A stretch of DNA of 64,000 nucleotides from assembly GCF_963921235.1 (NCBI RefSeq), contig NC_086109.1, forward strand, positions 33,854,001-33,918,000. The letters run 5' to 3'. Each line of letters opens with the position of its first letter. The first letter of the stretch is position 1. The notes beneath the pieces are model-generated. The model searched no databases. It was not told where the DNA came from and worked only from the letters and a program-made list of their open reading frames with translations. This DNA is from Mobula hypostoma. Lineage: Eukaryota. Position numbers and translations under genes: made by a program. Positions 12,185-24,291 of the stretch are shown one piece after another.

Positions 12185-12590
12185 AACACAAGAACACAAG
12201 TAAATCTGAGTGGGCCACATGACCCTGCAAGTCTTCCCTTCCATTTACAGTGATTATGGCTGAACTATGCCGGACTCTACTCTCTTCTGTGCCAATTCTC
12301 CATATTCCTCGATTCCTCAATCTACCAAATATTTATCGACCTCCACTGTAAATAATTCTAAAGATTCGGCTTCCATCACCTGCCCTGTAAAAGAATTCCA
12401 GTGATTCACTAGCCTCTGTAAGAAAAAAACACAAACCTCAAATTTAAATGATTTGCTCCTTAACTTGTGATTATGTCCTCTTGTTCATGATTGTCCCACC
12501 AGTGAATGAATCCCAACATCCAACTTGGCTAGTTCCTTAGGATCTTTTATATTTGAATAAGGTTGCCTCTTAGTCTACTAAGCTCCAAGG
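12185..12590 (-). mobile_element. Old CR1 3' fragment
   Basis: Reverse-strand similarity to the CR1 FFXQRVVNXWNSLP region (AAGAATTCCAGTGATTCACTAGCCTCTGTAAGAAAAA) and to the 3' UTR. Confidence 0.55.
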
Positions 12591-13556
12591 TGTTGAAGGA
12601 ACAAAATGGAAAAGAGAAAGGATGGTGAAAATTGGAGAACATTTTCCTTTTCCATCAGAAACAAGAAGCAGCACTACTACAGTGAACAAGTTACTGCAAA
12701 ATAAGATATCTTCAAGTTTCGTCAGTTAAAACATTTGATTGCTTCTTGGCTTTCCTTGAAAAAGAATGGAATTTGTGGAGATGAATTATTAATCCGAATA
12801 AATCAGAAGGAATGAATGGCAGGAAGGGGATTTGTGTGGGAGAAAGAACCCCTTATAATGAGAAGGAAATTAAAATTTAATCATTTGATATTTATTTGCA
12901 GCAAGTCGCTGTTTATAACTAAAGCTAGTTTTTTTTGCACTTAGTTATACCAGATGACAGCTGTATGAAAAGAATGGAACAAGAGAAACCTCAATCTATT
13001 TGAATTTGCAGCAAAGCTACTCTAATGAATCCTTTCATGGCTTCAATAGTTCTTCTCCTAAATTCAAATGGACTCTAACCTCACAGTGCCCTTGCCTAAG
13101 GCACTTCGAATGGATTAATGCATGATGATTGAACGTACCATACATTCTGTACTCTCGTTCACAATAGAACTAACTTGTTCTAATTATAAGCTTGCTGAAT
13201 AATAATTAAAGCTTTCTTTGAGGCATTAATAGGTGATCAATTCTGATAGAAAGAGGAGAGATCTGAAAATGTAAAGAATTATTATTTGACATGTTCTTAG
13301 AAAATAAAATTAAATATTGATAGTTTCATAACATTCTCATGTTGTTCTGTCTCAAGCCTTGGGAAAGCGGTAGATAGCAATCTTTGGAACAAAACCTGCC
13401 CTTGTAAATCATGAGCAGGATGTGGAAGTATCCCTCAAAACCTGATTTCGTAAGTCAGCTAGTGTGTATTCCACTGGTTTTAGATTATTTCTGAAAGTTC
13501 CACAACATGTGCCTATTTGAAACAAGAGGAATGCTTAAATTTATAATAAATTAATT

Positions 13557-14023
13557 GGTGGTTGTCCATCATGACAGGAGACCTGTGCGGGAGAATTTTT
13601 AAAGTGGAGAAGCCGTTGCACTGGGGCAGTTCCACTCTGTTGAATTCAGAAGACCGGCTCCAGTGGTACAAACAAGTGTCACAACTGGGATCTTCCTTGA
13701 TTGCAGTAGATGACGTTTGTGCCTTGCCATGCCCTTCACTCTCCATGGAGCATTGCAGACTGCCTTCCTGACATTTGGACCCTTATGGTAGTTCTCATTT
13801 GCTCAGTCCACCAGAGCTGACTTTGCATGCTAGGACAGGCATCTCATTAGGGTATAAGACCACCAGCTACCCTCACCTCCCAAAACAACATAACAGTGTA
13901 TGGCCTCTGTCGCTTGAGAGCCGAATGTCCGGTGGGGACCAAAAGTGAGTGAACTGGTCCAGAATGGACACCACAAGCCCTTTCTCCAGAGGTGTTACCC
14001 TCCCTGGACACCCCACACATTCC
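13557..14023 (-). mobile_element. Second family of non-autonomous, probably RTE-related short element
   Basis: GC-richer block in AT-rich DNA, bounded by 12-bp TSD AATAAATTAATT / AATAACTTAATT (13545-13556 / 14024-14035); minus strand ends GGACAACCACC; family assignment is from recall. Confidence 0.5.
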
Positions 14024-15859
14024 AATAACTTAATTAGAGGTAATATAATATCATTATTGACTCCAGAGCTGTACATTTTTCTCTAACTTATTTGTATTTC
14101 ATCCATTGTAATGGCTTCCCTCACAGTTCTCCTCCATCTCTGATATGGAAATAAACTTGGGGTCACCTGGAATTTGACAGTTCTTTAATCCATTTGATGC
14201 TAATTCAGTTTTAGGAATGTATTGACAATGATAATGAAATGGTTCACTCTAAGTTTTAGCAGTCCATGTCTCTCTAAGCTGATGTATATAAACAATTTCA
14301 CAGTGGAAATTAAGGGTCTCTGAGAGTGACCATTGCTGATCCAGCTTGGTGGAACTTCACCTGGTCATCGGCCTGCCATTATGGAGATCCTGCTGAAAGT
14401 CATTTCACTTTGATCTCAAGATCAAGACCACCAAAGATTTTTGTCCTGAACCACTTGCATGAGTTCCATGTGATTGATGTTTGTCCACTGGACTCAACTC
14501 TTTGGTTATCATGAAAAAAAAGCATTTGTATAGTTCAGAGTTCAAAGTAAAAGCAAATTTTATTATCAAAGTACATATAAGTCACCACATAAAACCCTGA
14601 GATTCATTTTTCTTATGGGCATATTCAACAAATCTATACAATAGTAACTCTATAAAATCAATGAAAGACCACCCAACGAGGGTGTTCAAATAGAGTGCAG
14701 AAGACAACAAACTGTGCACATCCAAATTTAAGTAAATATCCAGAGCATGAGATGAAGAGTCCTTGAAAGTGAGACCATTGGTTGTGGGAACATTTCAATG
14801 ATGGGGCAAGTGAAGTTGAGTGAAGATATCGCTCGTTGTTCAAGAGCCTGATGGTTGTGTGTAGAACTGCTCCTGAACCTGTTGGTGCAAGTCCTAAGGC
14901 TCTTGTACCTTCTTTCTTTTTCTTCTTACATCTTATTATTATTATTATTATTATTAATAATAATTATTATTGAAAATCAACAACAGAGAAAAATACATCA
15001 AAATAATCAAGACAACATATCCATATGTAGAATAAAAGTTAAACTATCAACCAAGCTGAACAGTATATCAATAATAATAAAAAAAAACAAAATGTTAAAG
15101 CTTTTTTTTATGGAAAAAAGAAAGAAAGAAAAAAAGAACCCCCACTAACTAAAAGAGAAGAAACCCCTAATAACAAAAAAAAAACGGGGGGAAAAACCTA
15201 TTTGGAGCACAAACCCAGAGCTATACGCCATACAAGCTTCCATTAAAAAAAAGACATCAATCCGCCAACCAAATCCATATACCCAAACATCAGAAAAGGA
15301 CCATCTGTATTAACTCAAGTCAAATGATAATAACAGGCAAAAGAACCCCACCTTTTCTCGAAGTCAAATTTAGGATCAAAAGTTTGACTTCTAATTTCTT
15401 CCAAACTAAGACATAACATCACCTGAGAGAACCATTGTATCAAAGTGGAAGCAGAGGCACCTTTCCATTTTAATAAAATAGCCCTTCTAGCCAATAATGT
15501 GACAAATGCAATTATATATTGGTCTGATATAGAAATACCGTGAATATATTGAGGAATTATACCAAACAAAACTGTCAATTTATTAGGTTGTAAATTGATT
15601 TTTAAAGTTTTAGAAATTGTAGAAAAAACAGATTTCCAAAACTGTTTCAATACAGAACACGACCAAAACATATGTGTCAATGTAACTATCTCAGTTTTGC
15701 ATCTATCACACTGACTATTTACATTAGGAAATATTTAAGACAATCTCTCCTTTGTCAAATAACAACGATGTACAATTTTAAATTGAATTAGAGAATGACT
15801 GGCACAAATCAAAGAAGAGTTAACCAGCTTCAAAATTCGCAACCAATCCTCTGTTATCA

Positions 15860-15895
15860 AGTCCTGACGAAGGGTCTCGGCCTGAAACGTCGACT
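15860..15895 (+). ncRNA. Minimal type I hammerhead ribozyme motif (Penelope-type, dimer-dependent stem III)
   Basis: AGUC (stem I 5') - CUGACGA - AGGGUCUCGGCCU (stem II) - GAAAC-GUC cleavage triplet - GACU (stem I 3'); stem III is reduced to the palindrome ACGU. Confidence 0.75.
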
Positions 15896-15991
15896 ACGCC
15901 TCTTCCTATAGATGTTGCTTGGCCTGCTGCGTTCACCAGCAACTTTGATGTATGTTGCTTGAATTTCCAGCATCTGCAAAATTCCTGTTGT
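15862..15991 (+). mobile_element. Penelope-like short repeat inserted into the L1
   Basis: Perfect 13-bp TSD CTCTGTTATCAAG (15849-15861 / 15992-16004); carries an intact hammerhead core. Confidence 0.85.
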
Positions 15992-16749
15992 CTCTGTTAT
16001 CAAGGTCATGGTAAGCTCTCTTTCCCAATCTTGCTTAATCTTAAGTAAAGGATAGTTATCCTGTTGTAATAGTAAATTATAAATTTTCCCAATAAAACCT
16101 TTCACTAAAGGGTTCATTTTCAAAATAATGTCTAACAGGTCAGAGTCTTGTATATATGGAAAATGGCTTAAATATTCTTGTAAGAAATGACTGAGCTGAA
16201 GATATTGCAAAAAATGTGAATATGACAGAGAGTAATTAGTTACTAATTTCTCAAAAGACATCAATCGGCCTTCTTGAAACAAGTCCATAAAGGAAAAAAT
16301 TCCTTTATTCCTCCAAAGAGAAAAGGTAGGATCACTAAGTGAAGGTTTAAATAAATAGTTTTGATAAATTAAACTAAAAAGGTTAATTTTTTTAAGATTA
16401 AAAAACTTACGAAACTTTGTACCTTCTTTCTCATGACAGCAGTGAGAAGAGAGCATGACCTGGTTGGTGGGGTTCCTGATTATTGACACTACCTTCCTGC
16501 AACAGTGTTTCATGTACATGTATAATTCCTGAATGTAGTATTTTCCTAGCAATAATGGGCATTCTGAATGATATAGTAAGAAATTCACAGTGGATTTGAA
16601 AGTGAAAAAATGTAAGATTATTTATATTGGATGGAGAAATTGATAAAGAGAGAAACTACAAGTGTTGTGAGAAACTCATATTGTGATATTTTGGTTCATG
16701 AAATAAAGAAAATAAATATGCAAATACAGCAAGCAAATACGAAAGCAAA

Positions 16750-18153
16750 CAATAGACAATAGACAATAGGTGCAGGAGTAGGCCATTTGGCCCTTCAAGC
16801 CAGCACCGCCATTCACCGTGATCATGGCTGATCATCCACTATCTGTATCCAGTACCTGCCTTATCCCCATAACCTTTGATTCCGCTATCTTTAAGAGCTC
16901 TATCCATCTCTTTCTTGAAAGCATTCAGAGACTTGGACTCCACAGCCTTCTGGGGCAGAGCATTCCATATATCCACCACTCTCTGGGTGAAAAAGTTTTT
17001 CCTCAACTCCGTTCTAAATGGCCTACTCCTAATTCTTAAACTGTGGCCTCTGGTTTTGGACTCACCCATCAGCGGGAACATGCTTCCTGCCTGCAGCGTG
17101 TCCAATCCCTTAATAATCTTATATGGTTCCATAAGATCCCCTCTCAGCCTTCTAAATTCCAGAGTATACAAGCCCAATCGCTCCAATCTTTCAACATATG
17201 ACAGTCCCGCCATCCCAGGAATTAACCTTGTGAACCTACGCTGCACTCCATCAATAGCAAGAATGTCCTTCCTCAAATTTGGAGACCAAAACTGCACACA
17301 GTACTCTGGGTGTGGTCTCACCAGGGCCCTGTACAGCTGCAGAAGGACCTCTCTGCTCTTATACTCAATTCCCCTTGTTATGAAGGCCAGCATGCCATTA
17401 GCTTTCTTCACTGCCTGCTGTACTTGCATGCTTGCTTTCAGTGACTGATGTACAAGAGCACCTAGATCTCGTTGTGCTTCCTCTTTTCCTAAGTTGGCTC
17501 CATTTAGATAATAATCTGCCTTCCCGTTCTTACCACCAAAGTGGATAACCTCACATTTATTCACATTAAACTGCATCTGCCATGCATCTGCCCACTCACC
17601 CAGCCTGTCCAGGTCACCCTGCATTCTTATAACATCCTCCTCACATTTCACACTGCCACCCAGCTTTATGTCATCGGCAAATTTGCTAATGTTACTTTTA
17701 ATTCCCTCATCTAAATCATTAATATATATTGTAAACAGCTGTGGTCCCAGCACTGAACCTTGCGGTTCCCCACTGGTCACCGCCTACCATTCCGAAAGGG
17801 ACCCGTTAATCGCTACTCTTTGTTTTCTGTCAGCCAGCCAACTTTCAATCCACGTCAGTACTCTGCCCCCAATACCATGTGCCCTAATTTTGCCCACTAA
17901 TCTCCTATGTGGGACTTTATCAAAGGCTTTCTGAAAGTCCAGGTACACTACATCCACTGGCTCTCCCTTGTCCATTTTCATAGTTACATCCTCAAAAAAT
18001 TCCAGAAGATTAGTATAGCACGATTTCCCCTTCGTAAATCCATGCTGACTCGGACCAATCCTGTTACTACTATCCAGATATGCCGTAATTTCATCTTTTA
18101 TAATTGACTCCAGCATCTTTCCCACCACCAACGTCAGGCTAACTGGTCTATAT
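16750..18153 (-). mobile_element. Young 5'-truncated CR1 LINE (RT domain and 3' UTR)
   Basis: YRPVSLT, QHGFTKGKSC, YLDFQKAFDKVPH, PQGSVLGP, KFADD; frame broken only by one in-frame TAG at 17784-17786; (TCTATTG)n tail; possible TSD AAACAAT (16747-16753 / 18154-18160). Confidence 0.95.
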
Positions 18154-18249
18154 AAACAATGAGTTCCTAGAGTCAGAGAATCAGACAACACAGACACAGA
18201 CTTTTTGGCCGACCAGTACAATGTTGATTGTCAGTACTAACTATATTTA

Positions 18250-21200
18250 GACTGAGGGCGTTATAGATAGGACAGGATACAGGACACTGGCTGACAGTCA
18301 GGAAGGAGAAGGGGTTAAGGAGCCAGTACAGAGTACCCCTGTGGCCATCCCCCTCAACAACAGGTATATCACTTTGGATACCGTTGGTGGGGGGCGTGGG
18401 GGTGTGCGGAAGTTGACATAACCGAGGAAAGTCACAGTTGTTGGGTCTCTAGCACTGAGTATGTTTCTGTAACACAGAAGGGAAGTGGGGGAGAAGCGAA
18501 ACACTGTGGTGATAGGGGATTCATTAATTAGGGGAACGGACAGGAGGTTCTGTGGGCAAGCACAAGATTCCCAAATGGTACGTTGCCTCATGGGTACCAG
18601 AGTCTGGAATGTCTCAGATCGCGCCCTCAGCACTCTTAAGTGGGAGGGTGAATGGCCAGAAGTCGTGGTCCACGTAGGTTCCAATGACATGAGTAGGAGG
18701 GGTGATGAGTTTCTGCATAGGGAGTTCAGGGAGTTAGGTGCTAAGTTAAAGAGCGGGACCTCCAGGGTTGTGATCTCAGGATTGCTCCCCGTGTCACATG
18801 CTCATGAGGCCAGAGCTAGGAAGATTATGCAGTTAAATACACGGCCACATGTTTGATGTAGGAGGGAGGGCATAAGGTTTTTCTTATCATTGGGCTCTCT
18901 TCAAAGGAAGGTGGGACGGTTTGCACCTGAACTGGAGGGGTCTCATATCTTAGCGGGAAGGTTTGTTAATTATGCATGGTGGGATTTAAACTAGAGTTGC
19001 AGGGGGATGGGAATCAGAGTGTCAGAACAGATAGTGGAGAGGTTGCTGAGGCAGATGTTGGTAAGACCTCAGACCAAGTTAGGAGTCAAAATGTTGAGCA
19101 TGCTGTGACTAGTGTCCTGTGCTTCGTATATTTCAATGCAAGAAATATCGTAGGAAAGGCAAATGATAGTGCTGAAGATGAGGTAGCTGGTTTACAAACA
19201 GAGGCACTGTGTAGTGAGAAGAGGTTGTAGTTAGGGCAAAACTGCAGTCAACAGGAAGAGTTGCAACAGAAAAGGAGGACAAAATCAAAAAGGGTGAATA
19301 CAGGACTGAAGGTGTTGTATTTGAATGTGCGCAGTATATGGAATAAGTTAGATGAACTTGTATCACAGTTGCAGATTGGCAGGTATGATGTTGTAGACAT
19401 CACTGAATCACGGCTGAAAGAAGATTATAGCTGGGAGCTTAATGTCCAACGCTACACGTTGTATCGAAAGGACAGGCAGGAAGGCAGAGGGGATAGTGTT
19501 GTTCTGTTGGTAAAAAATGAAATTATCTCATTGGAAAGAGGTGACATAGGGTCAGAAGGTGTGGATAGAGCTAAGGAACTGGAAGGATAAAAAAAGACCA
19601 TGATGGGTACTGTACATAGACCCCCAAAGAGAAGTAAGGATGTAGTCTACAAATTACAATTGGAAATAGAAAATGCATGCCAAAAGGGCAATGTTACAAT
19701 AGTCATGGGGGATTTCAATATGCAGGTAGATTGGGAAAATCAGGTTGGTGCTGGTTTCCAGGAGGGGTAGTTTCTAGAGTGCCTTTGAGATGATTTTTTT
19801 AGAACAGCTTGTGGTTGAGCCCACTAGGGGCTCGGAGATCAACTATTCTGGATTGGATGTTGTGCAATGAACCGGAATTGATTAACAAGAGAAGTCAAAT
19901 CCAACATAAAAGCCAAAGAGAAGGCAGATAATAGAGCAAAAATTAGTGGGAAGTTAGAGAATTGGGAAACTTTCTTCAGATACACTAAGTGTAAAAGAGA
20001 GGCAAGAGATATTAGACAGTGCTGGAGAAGTCGTAATGGGAGACAAGGAAACAGCGGATGAACTGAATAAGTATTTTGCGTCAGTCTTCATGGTGGAAGA
20101 CACTGGCAGTATGGTGGAAGTTCCAGGTGTCAGGGGTCATGAAGTGTGTGAAGTTAGAGAGAGGGTTCTTGGGAAACTGAAAGGTCTGAAGGTAGGTGCG
20201 TCACTTGGACCAGATGGTGTACACCCCAGGGTTTGAAAGAGGTTGTTGAAGAGATTGTGGAGGCATTAGTAATGATCTTTCAAGAATCCTGGAATGGTTC
20301 TAGAAGACTGGAAAATTGCAAATGTCACTCCACTCTTCAAGAAGGGAGAGAGGCAAAAGAAATGAAACTATATGCCAGTTAGTCTGACCTCTGTGGTTGA
20401 GAAGATGTTGGAGTCAATTATTAAGGATGAGGCCTTAGGATACTTAAAGGCACATGATAAAAAAGTTTGTAGTCAGCACGGTTTCCTCAAGGGAGAATCG
20501 TGCCAGACAGTTCTGACGGAATACTTTGAAGAAATAACAAGCAGGATAGGTAAAAGAGATTTGGTTGATGTTGTGTACTTGGAATTTCAGAAGGCCTTTG
20601 ACAAGGTGCCATACATGAGGCTACTTAACAATCTACAAGCCCATGGTATTACAGAAAGATTCTAGCATGGTAAAGCAGCAGCTGATTGGCAGGAGACAAA
20701 GATGAGGAATAAAGGAAGCATTTTCTGGTTGGCTGCCGGAGACTAGCGGTATTCCACAGGGGTTTGTGTTGGGACTTCTTCTTTTTACATTATATGTCAA
20801 TGATTTGGATGATGGAATTGATGGCTTTTTGCAAAGTTTGCAGACGAGATGAAGATAGATGGAGGGGCAAGTAGTTCTGAGGAAGTGGAGAGGCTATAGA
20901 AGGACTTAGACAGATTAGAAAAATGGGCAAAGAAATAGCAGGTGGAATACAGTGTTGGGAAATATATGGTCATGTACTTTGGTAAAAGAAATGAAAAGGT
21001 TGACTATTTTCTAAATGGAGAGAAAATACAAAAATGAACTGCAAAGGGAATTGTCAGTCCTTGTGTAGGATACCCTAAAGGTTAATTTGCAATTTGAATC
21101 TGTGGTGAGGAAGGCAAATGCAATGTTAGCATTTACTTTAAGAGGACTAGAATATAAAAGCAAGGATACAATGTTGAGACTTTATAAAATACTGGTGAGG

Positions 21201-21708
21201 CCTCACTTGGAGTATTGTGAGCAATTTCGGGTCCCTTATCTTAGAAACTGGAGAGGGTTTAAAGGAGGCTCACAAAAATGATTCCAGGATTGAATGGCTT
21301 GTCATGTGGAGAGCAGTTGATGGCTCTGAGCCTGTATTCACTAGAATTCAGAAGAATGACGCCTATTGAATGGTACAGAGTAGATGTAGAGAGGATGTTT
21401 CCTATGGTGGGAGAGCCTCAGAATAGAGGACATCCCTTTAGAATGGAGATGAGGAGAAATTTCTTCAACCAGAGAGTGGTAAACATGTGGAATTCGTTGC
21501 CACAGGCAGCTGTGGATTCCAAGACTTGATGTATATTTAAGGCCGAAGTTGTTAGACGCTTGATTGGTCAGGGCTGAAGGGGATACAGGGAGAAGGCAGG
21601 AGATTGGGGCTGAGAGGAAAATTGGATTAACCATGATGAAATGGTGGAACAGACTCAGTGGGCCAAATTGCTTCATTCTGCTCCTAAATCTTATGGTCTT
21701 AAGGTCTT
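18250..21708 (+). mobile_element. Decayed CR1 LINE: ORF1 esterase part and ORF2 (endonuclease and RT) with internal deletions
   Basis: VIGDSLIRG, VHVGSND, VISGLLP; LYLNVRSI..ITESRL, MGDFN; QHGFLKG, FQKAFDKVP, LVRPHLEYC; tail TTATGGTCTTAAGGTCTT. Confidence 0.9.
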
Positions 21709-21714
21709 ACTTGC

Positions 21715-23010
21715 CAACATTTGGTCCACAGCCCTCAATGCCAAGGCAACTGCAGTACGTGTCTAGATATGTTTTTAAATATTATGAGAACATCTGCCTT
21801 GAGCCCCATTCAGAATGTGTGTTCTGGATTCCAACCTTCCTTGGGGTGAAAAATTTCCAAACTGCCTATCCCTTACCCAAGTTCAATGCCGTCTAGTTTT
21901 AGACGTCCCTGCTATGGGGAATACTTCTTTACTACCACCCCTATTGCTGCCCCTCAGAGCTTTGAATGTCTCCATTGGGTCACACTTCAGTCTCCTCACT
22001 GAAAGGAAAACAAACCCAGCGTCTCCAAGCTCACCCTGAAACGTTCTATTTCAGGCCTTCTGTGGAAGCTCTGTCGCGTCCTTTGCATGTCAATCACAGG
22101 CCTCGTACAATATGAGAGTAGAACCATACCGTTTCCAGCTGTGGTCTAATCAATAGTTTTTATTAAATGGTAACATAACACTTCGCTGCTTTTAAGTCTG
22201 GGTTAATGAAAGCAAATACCCCATGCACCAAGACCCTTATGTTCCTCAATGCTCCCTGGGGTCTGATATACATAACTGTAAGTTCTACCTTTATTCGTCC
22301 ACCTAAAGTGCATCAGGGCAGACTTACCAAAATTAATTTCCATCTTCTATTATTCTGTCTATTTTACCAACAGAACAGTATTGTCCTGACGAAGGGTCTC
22401 GGCCAGAAATGTTGACTGTAGCTCTTCCTATAGATGCTGCCTGGCCTGCTGCGTTCCACCAGCAGTTTGTGTGTGTTGCTTGAATTTCCAGCATCTGCAG
22501 ATTTCCTCGTGTTTACAGTATTGTCTATAGCCTTTGACTACCCTCCTCATTATTAACAACACTTAAAATTTACCTGTATCTGTAAATATGCTAATTTCTT
22601 GCTTCCGACATTCGTATCCAAGTTACTAATTCACAAGTATCTCAGCACTGACCACAGGCTTCCAGTCATAGAAACCTCATTCTCACTCTCTGTCTTCTCA
22701 TACCTTTCAATCCCATGAGTTCAAACTCTTTGGTCCTTATTCCCATGTAGGACTAGTCTGAGGCCTTACTGGAGGCTATGCAGGCTAGAATAATTACACT
22801 GCTGTCCATCACTATGTTTCTTAACCTTCTTGAAAAATTCCATTAAATTGGTCGGACAGAATAACCCCCTAAATAAGCCATGTTGTTTACTTTATATTAA
22901 GTATATCCAAGAAATCAATCCAAGTACTGTACACATTTATACTGTCTTTCAGATTGTTTTCAAAACTCCTGCCACCAATATTAGACTCACAGGTGTGTAA
23001 TTACCTGACC
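21715..23010 (-). mobile_element. Ancient, heavily decayed CR1 RT fragment
   Basis: Reverse-strand remnants of QHGF..TNL.EFF (22815-22885) and of the C-terminal FF..RV..WN region (21820-21860). Confidence 0.55.
22386..22514 (+). mobile_element. Penelope-like short repeat; hammerhead core with CpG decay in stem III
   Basis: GTCCTGACGAAGGGTCTCGGCCAGAAATGTTGACTG; perfect 11-bp TSD ACAGTATTGTC (22375-22385 / 22515-22525). Confidence 0.85.
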
Positions 23011-23136
23011 ATTATTGCAAATAGGTTGGAATATAAAACTAAGGAAACTTACCGCTTTTGTTCAGTGCTTTGTCAAGACGACACCTGTATACAATATTAC
23101 AAAATTATTTTAAAAATAGTGAATTATTGTTTACGA

Positions 23137-23891
23137 CAGGGGTCCCCAACCTTTTTTGCACTGCGGACTGGTTTAATATTGACAATATTCTTGCGGACCG
23201 GGCGGGGGGGTGGGGGGGGAGCGGTGTTCAAATAGGGTTAAACTCGCCTCAACATGTCTTTTACAGTTAGGGTTGGCAACCTTCTCACTCCCAAATAAGA
23301 GACAAAAGTAGCAATCAAATCCCGGGACACTTTACCCCAGGAAAGACTACCATGATCAGGAAGCCATGCGCGGGCACCTGTGTGCGCATGCGTGTCGTGT
23401 GCATATGACGTGCGCGTGCGCATACATGCTGATTTTTTTCCCCACAAATCGGTTCTCCCTTCATCTTCCCGACTATACTCTACATACATTATTTCTACTT
23501 TATATAGGCTGTGCATTTATCATATCATTCCTGCTTTTACTATATGTTAGTGTTATTTATTTTTGGTTTTATGTGTTATTTGGTAGGTTATTTTTTGGGT
23601 CGGTGAATGCTCAAAATTTTTTCCCATATAAACTAATGGTAATTGCTTCTTCGCTTCATGCCATTTTGGCACGAAATGTTTCATAGGAACGCTCTACCGT
23701 AGCAGGGGAAATACAGGACAAAGCAATTTAGCCCAATATACAGGAAGTCCTGGCAAATACGGGACAGTTGGCAACGATATGTTCAAGTTCAACAGTGCGT
23801 GACAGGGAATGAGGAAAGGTGCAGCTGACCCATATCGTTTCCTCGCGGCCCGGTAGCACATGCTTTGCGGCCCGGTGCTTGGGGACCGCTG
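23137..23891. mobile_element. Non-autonomous hAT (Charlie-like) DNA transposon, composite
   Basis: TIRs CAGGGGTCCCCAA / TTGGGGACCGCTG; 8-bp TSD GTTTACGA / GTTTATGA (23129-23136 / 23892-23899). Confidence 0.85.
23233..23779. mobile_element. Inner hAT-like MITE (TAGGGTT..-type ends) nested in the Charlie-like element
   Basis: 8-bp TSD TGTTCAAA / TGTTCAAG (23225-23232 / 23780-23787); ends TAGGGTT (and TAGGGTTGGCAAC at 23268) and GTTGGCAACGATA; subterminal CGGGACA motifs. Confidence 0.65.
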
Positions 23892-23934
23892 GTTTATGAA
23901 ACCAAGATTGAGCTGAAACTGGAGACAATTCCAT

Positions 23935-24291
23935 GGAATAAGAGGAGAGTTGTTTCTATTGGTAGGTGAGACTAGAACTAGGGGACATTGCCTCAAGATT
24001 CAGGGGAGAAGGTTTGGGACAGAGATGAAGAGAAACTGTTTTTCCCGGAGAGTGGTAAATCTGTGGAATTCTCTGCCCAGGGAAGCAGTTGAAGCTTCTT
24101 CACTAAGTATATTTAAGAAACAGTTAGATAGGTTTTTACATAGTAGGAGAATTAAGGGTTATGGGGAAAAGGCAGGTAGATGAAGCTGAGTTTACGGACA
24201 GATCAGCCATGATCTTATTGAATGGCGGGGCAGGCTCGATGGGCTGGATGGCCTACTCCTGCTCCTATTTCTTATGTTCTTATGTTCTTAT
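23935..24291 (+). mobile_element. CR1 3' fragment
   Basis: ETRTRGHCLKI..FSRRVVNLWNSLP..FKKQLDRFL..IKGYGEKAG; (TTATGTTC)n tail. Confidence 0.9.

Larger units (their letters stand above)
14918..16416 (-). mobile_element. 5'-truncated L1-clade LINE (ORF2 C-terminus, 3' UTR, A-rich tail)
   Basis: Perfect 15-bp TSD TTGTACCTTCTTTCT (14903-14917 / 16417-16431); LIQFKIVHR and C-terminal CDRC..LTHMFWSC zinc knuckle; ARRAILLKWK. Confidence 0.85.
14532..16525 (-). mobile_element. Rex1/Babar-type LINE 3' end (same family as 1319-3150), split by an L1 insertion
   Basis: 14532-14917 aligns with 1319-1720 (GAGTCCTTGAAAGTGAGACCAT..GAGCCTGATGGTTG); resumes at 16432 (GAGAAGAGAGCATGACCTGG, compare 1740). Confidence 0.8.

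Noticed and set aside
15857..16588. 243-aa ORF as a single gene
   Set aside because: It is a chance read-through across Rex remnant, L1 ORF2 and the Penelope-like insertion; the junctions coincide with the TSDs.
16876..17448. 190-aa plus-strand ORF, and similar ORFs at 17668, 24903 and 25500
   Set aside because: These are antisense shadows of CR1 reverse transcriptase frames.
23233..23280. TTAGGG/TAGGGTT as interstitial telomeric sequence
   Set aside because: These are isolated motifs that form the ends of a hAT-like MITE, not tandem telomeric repeats.
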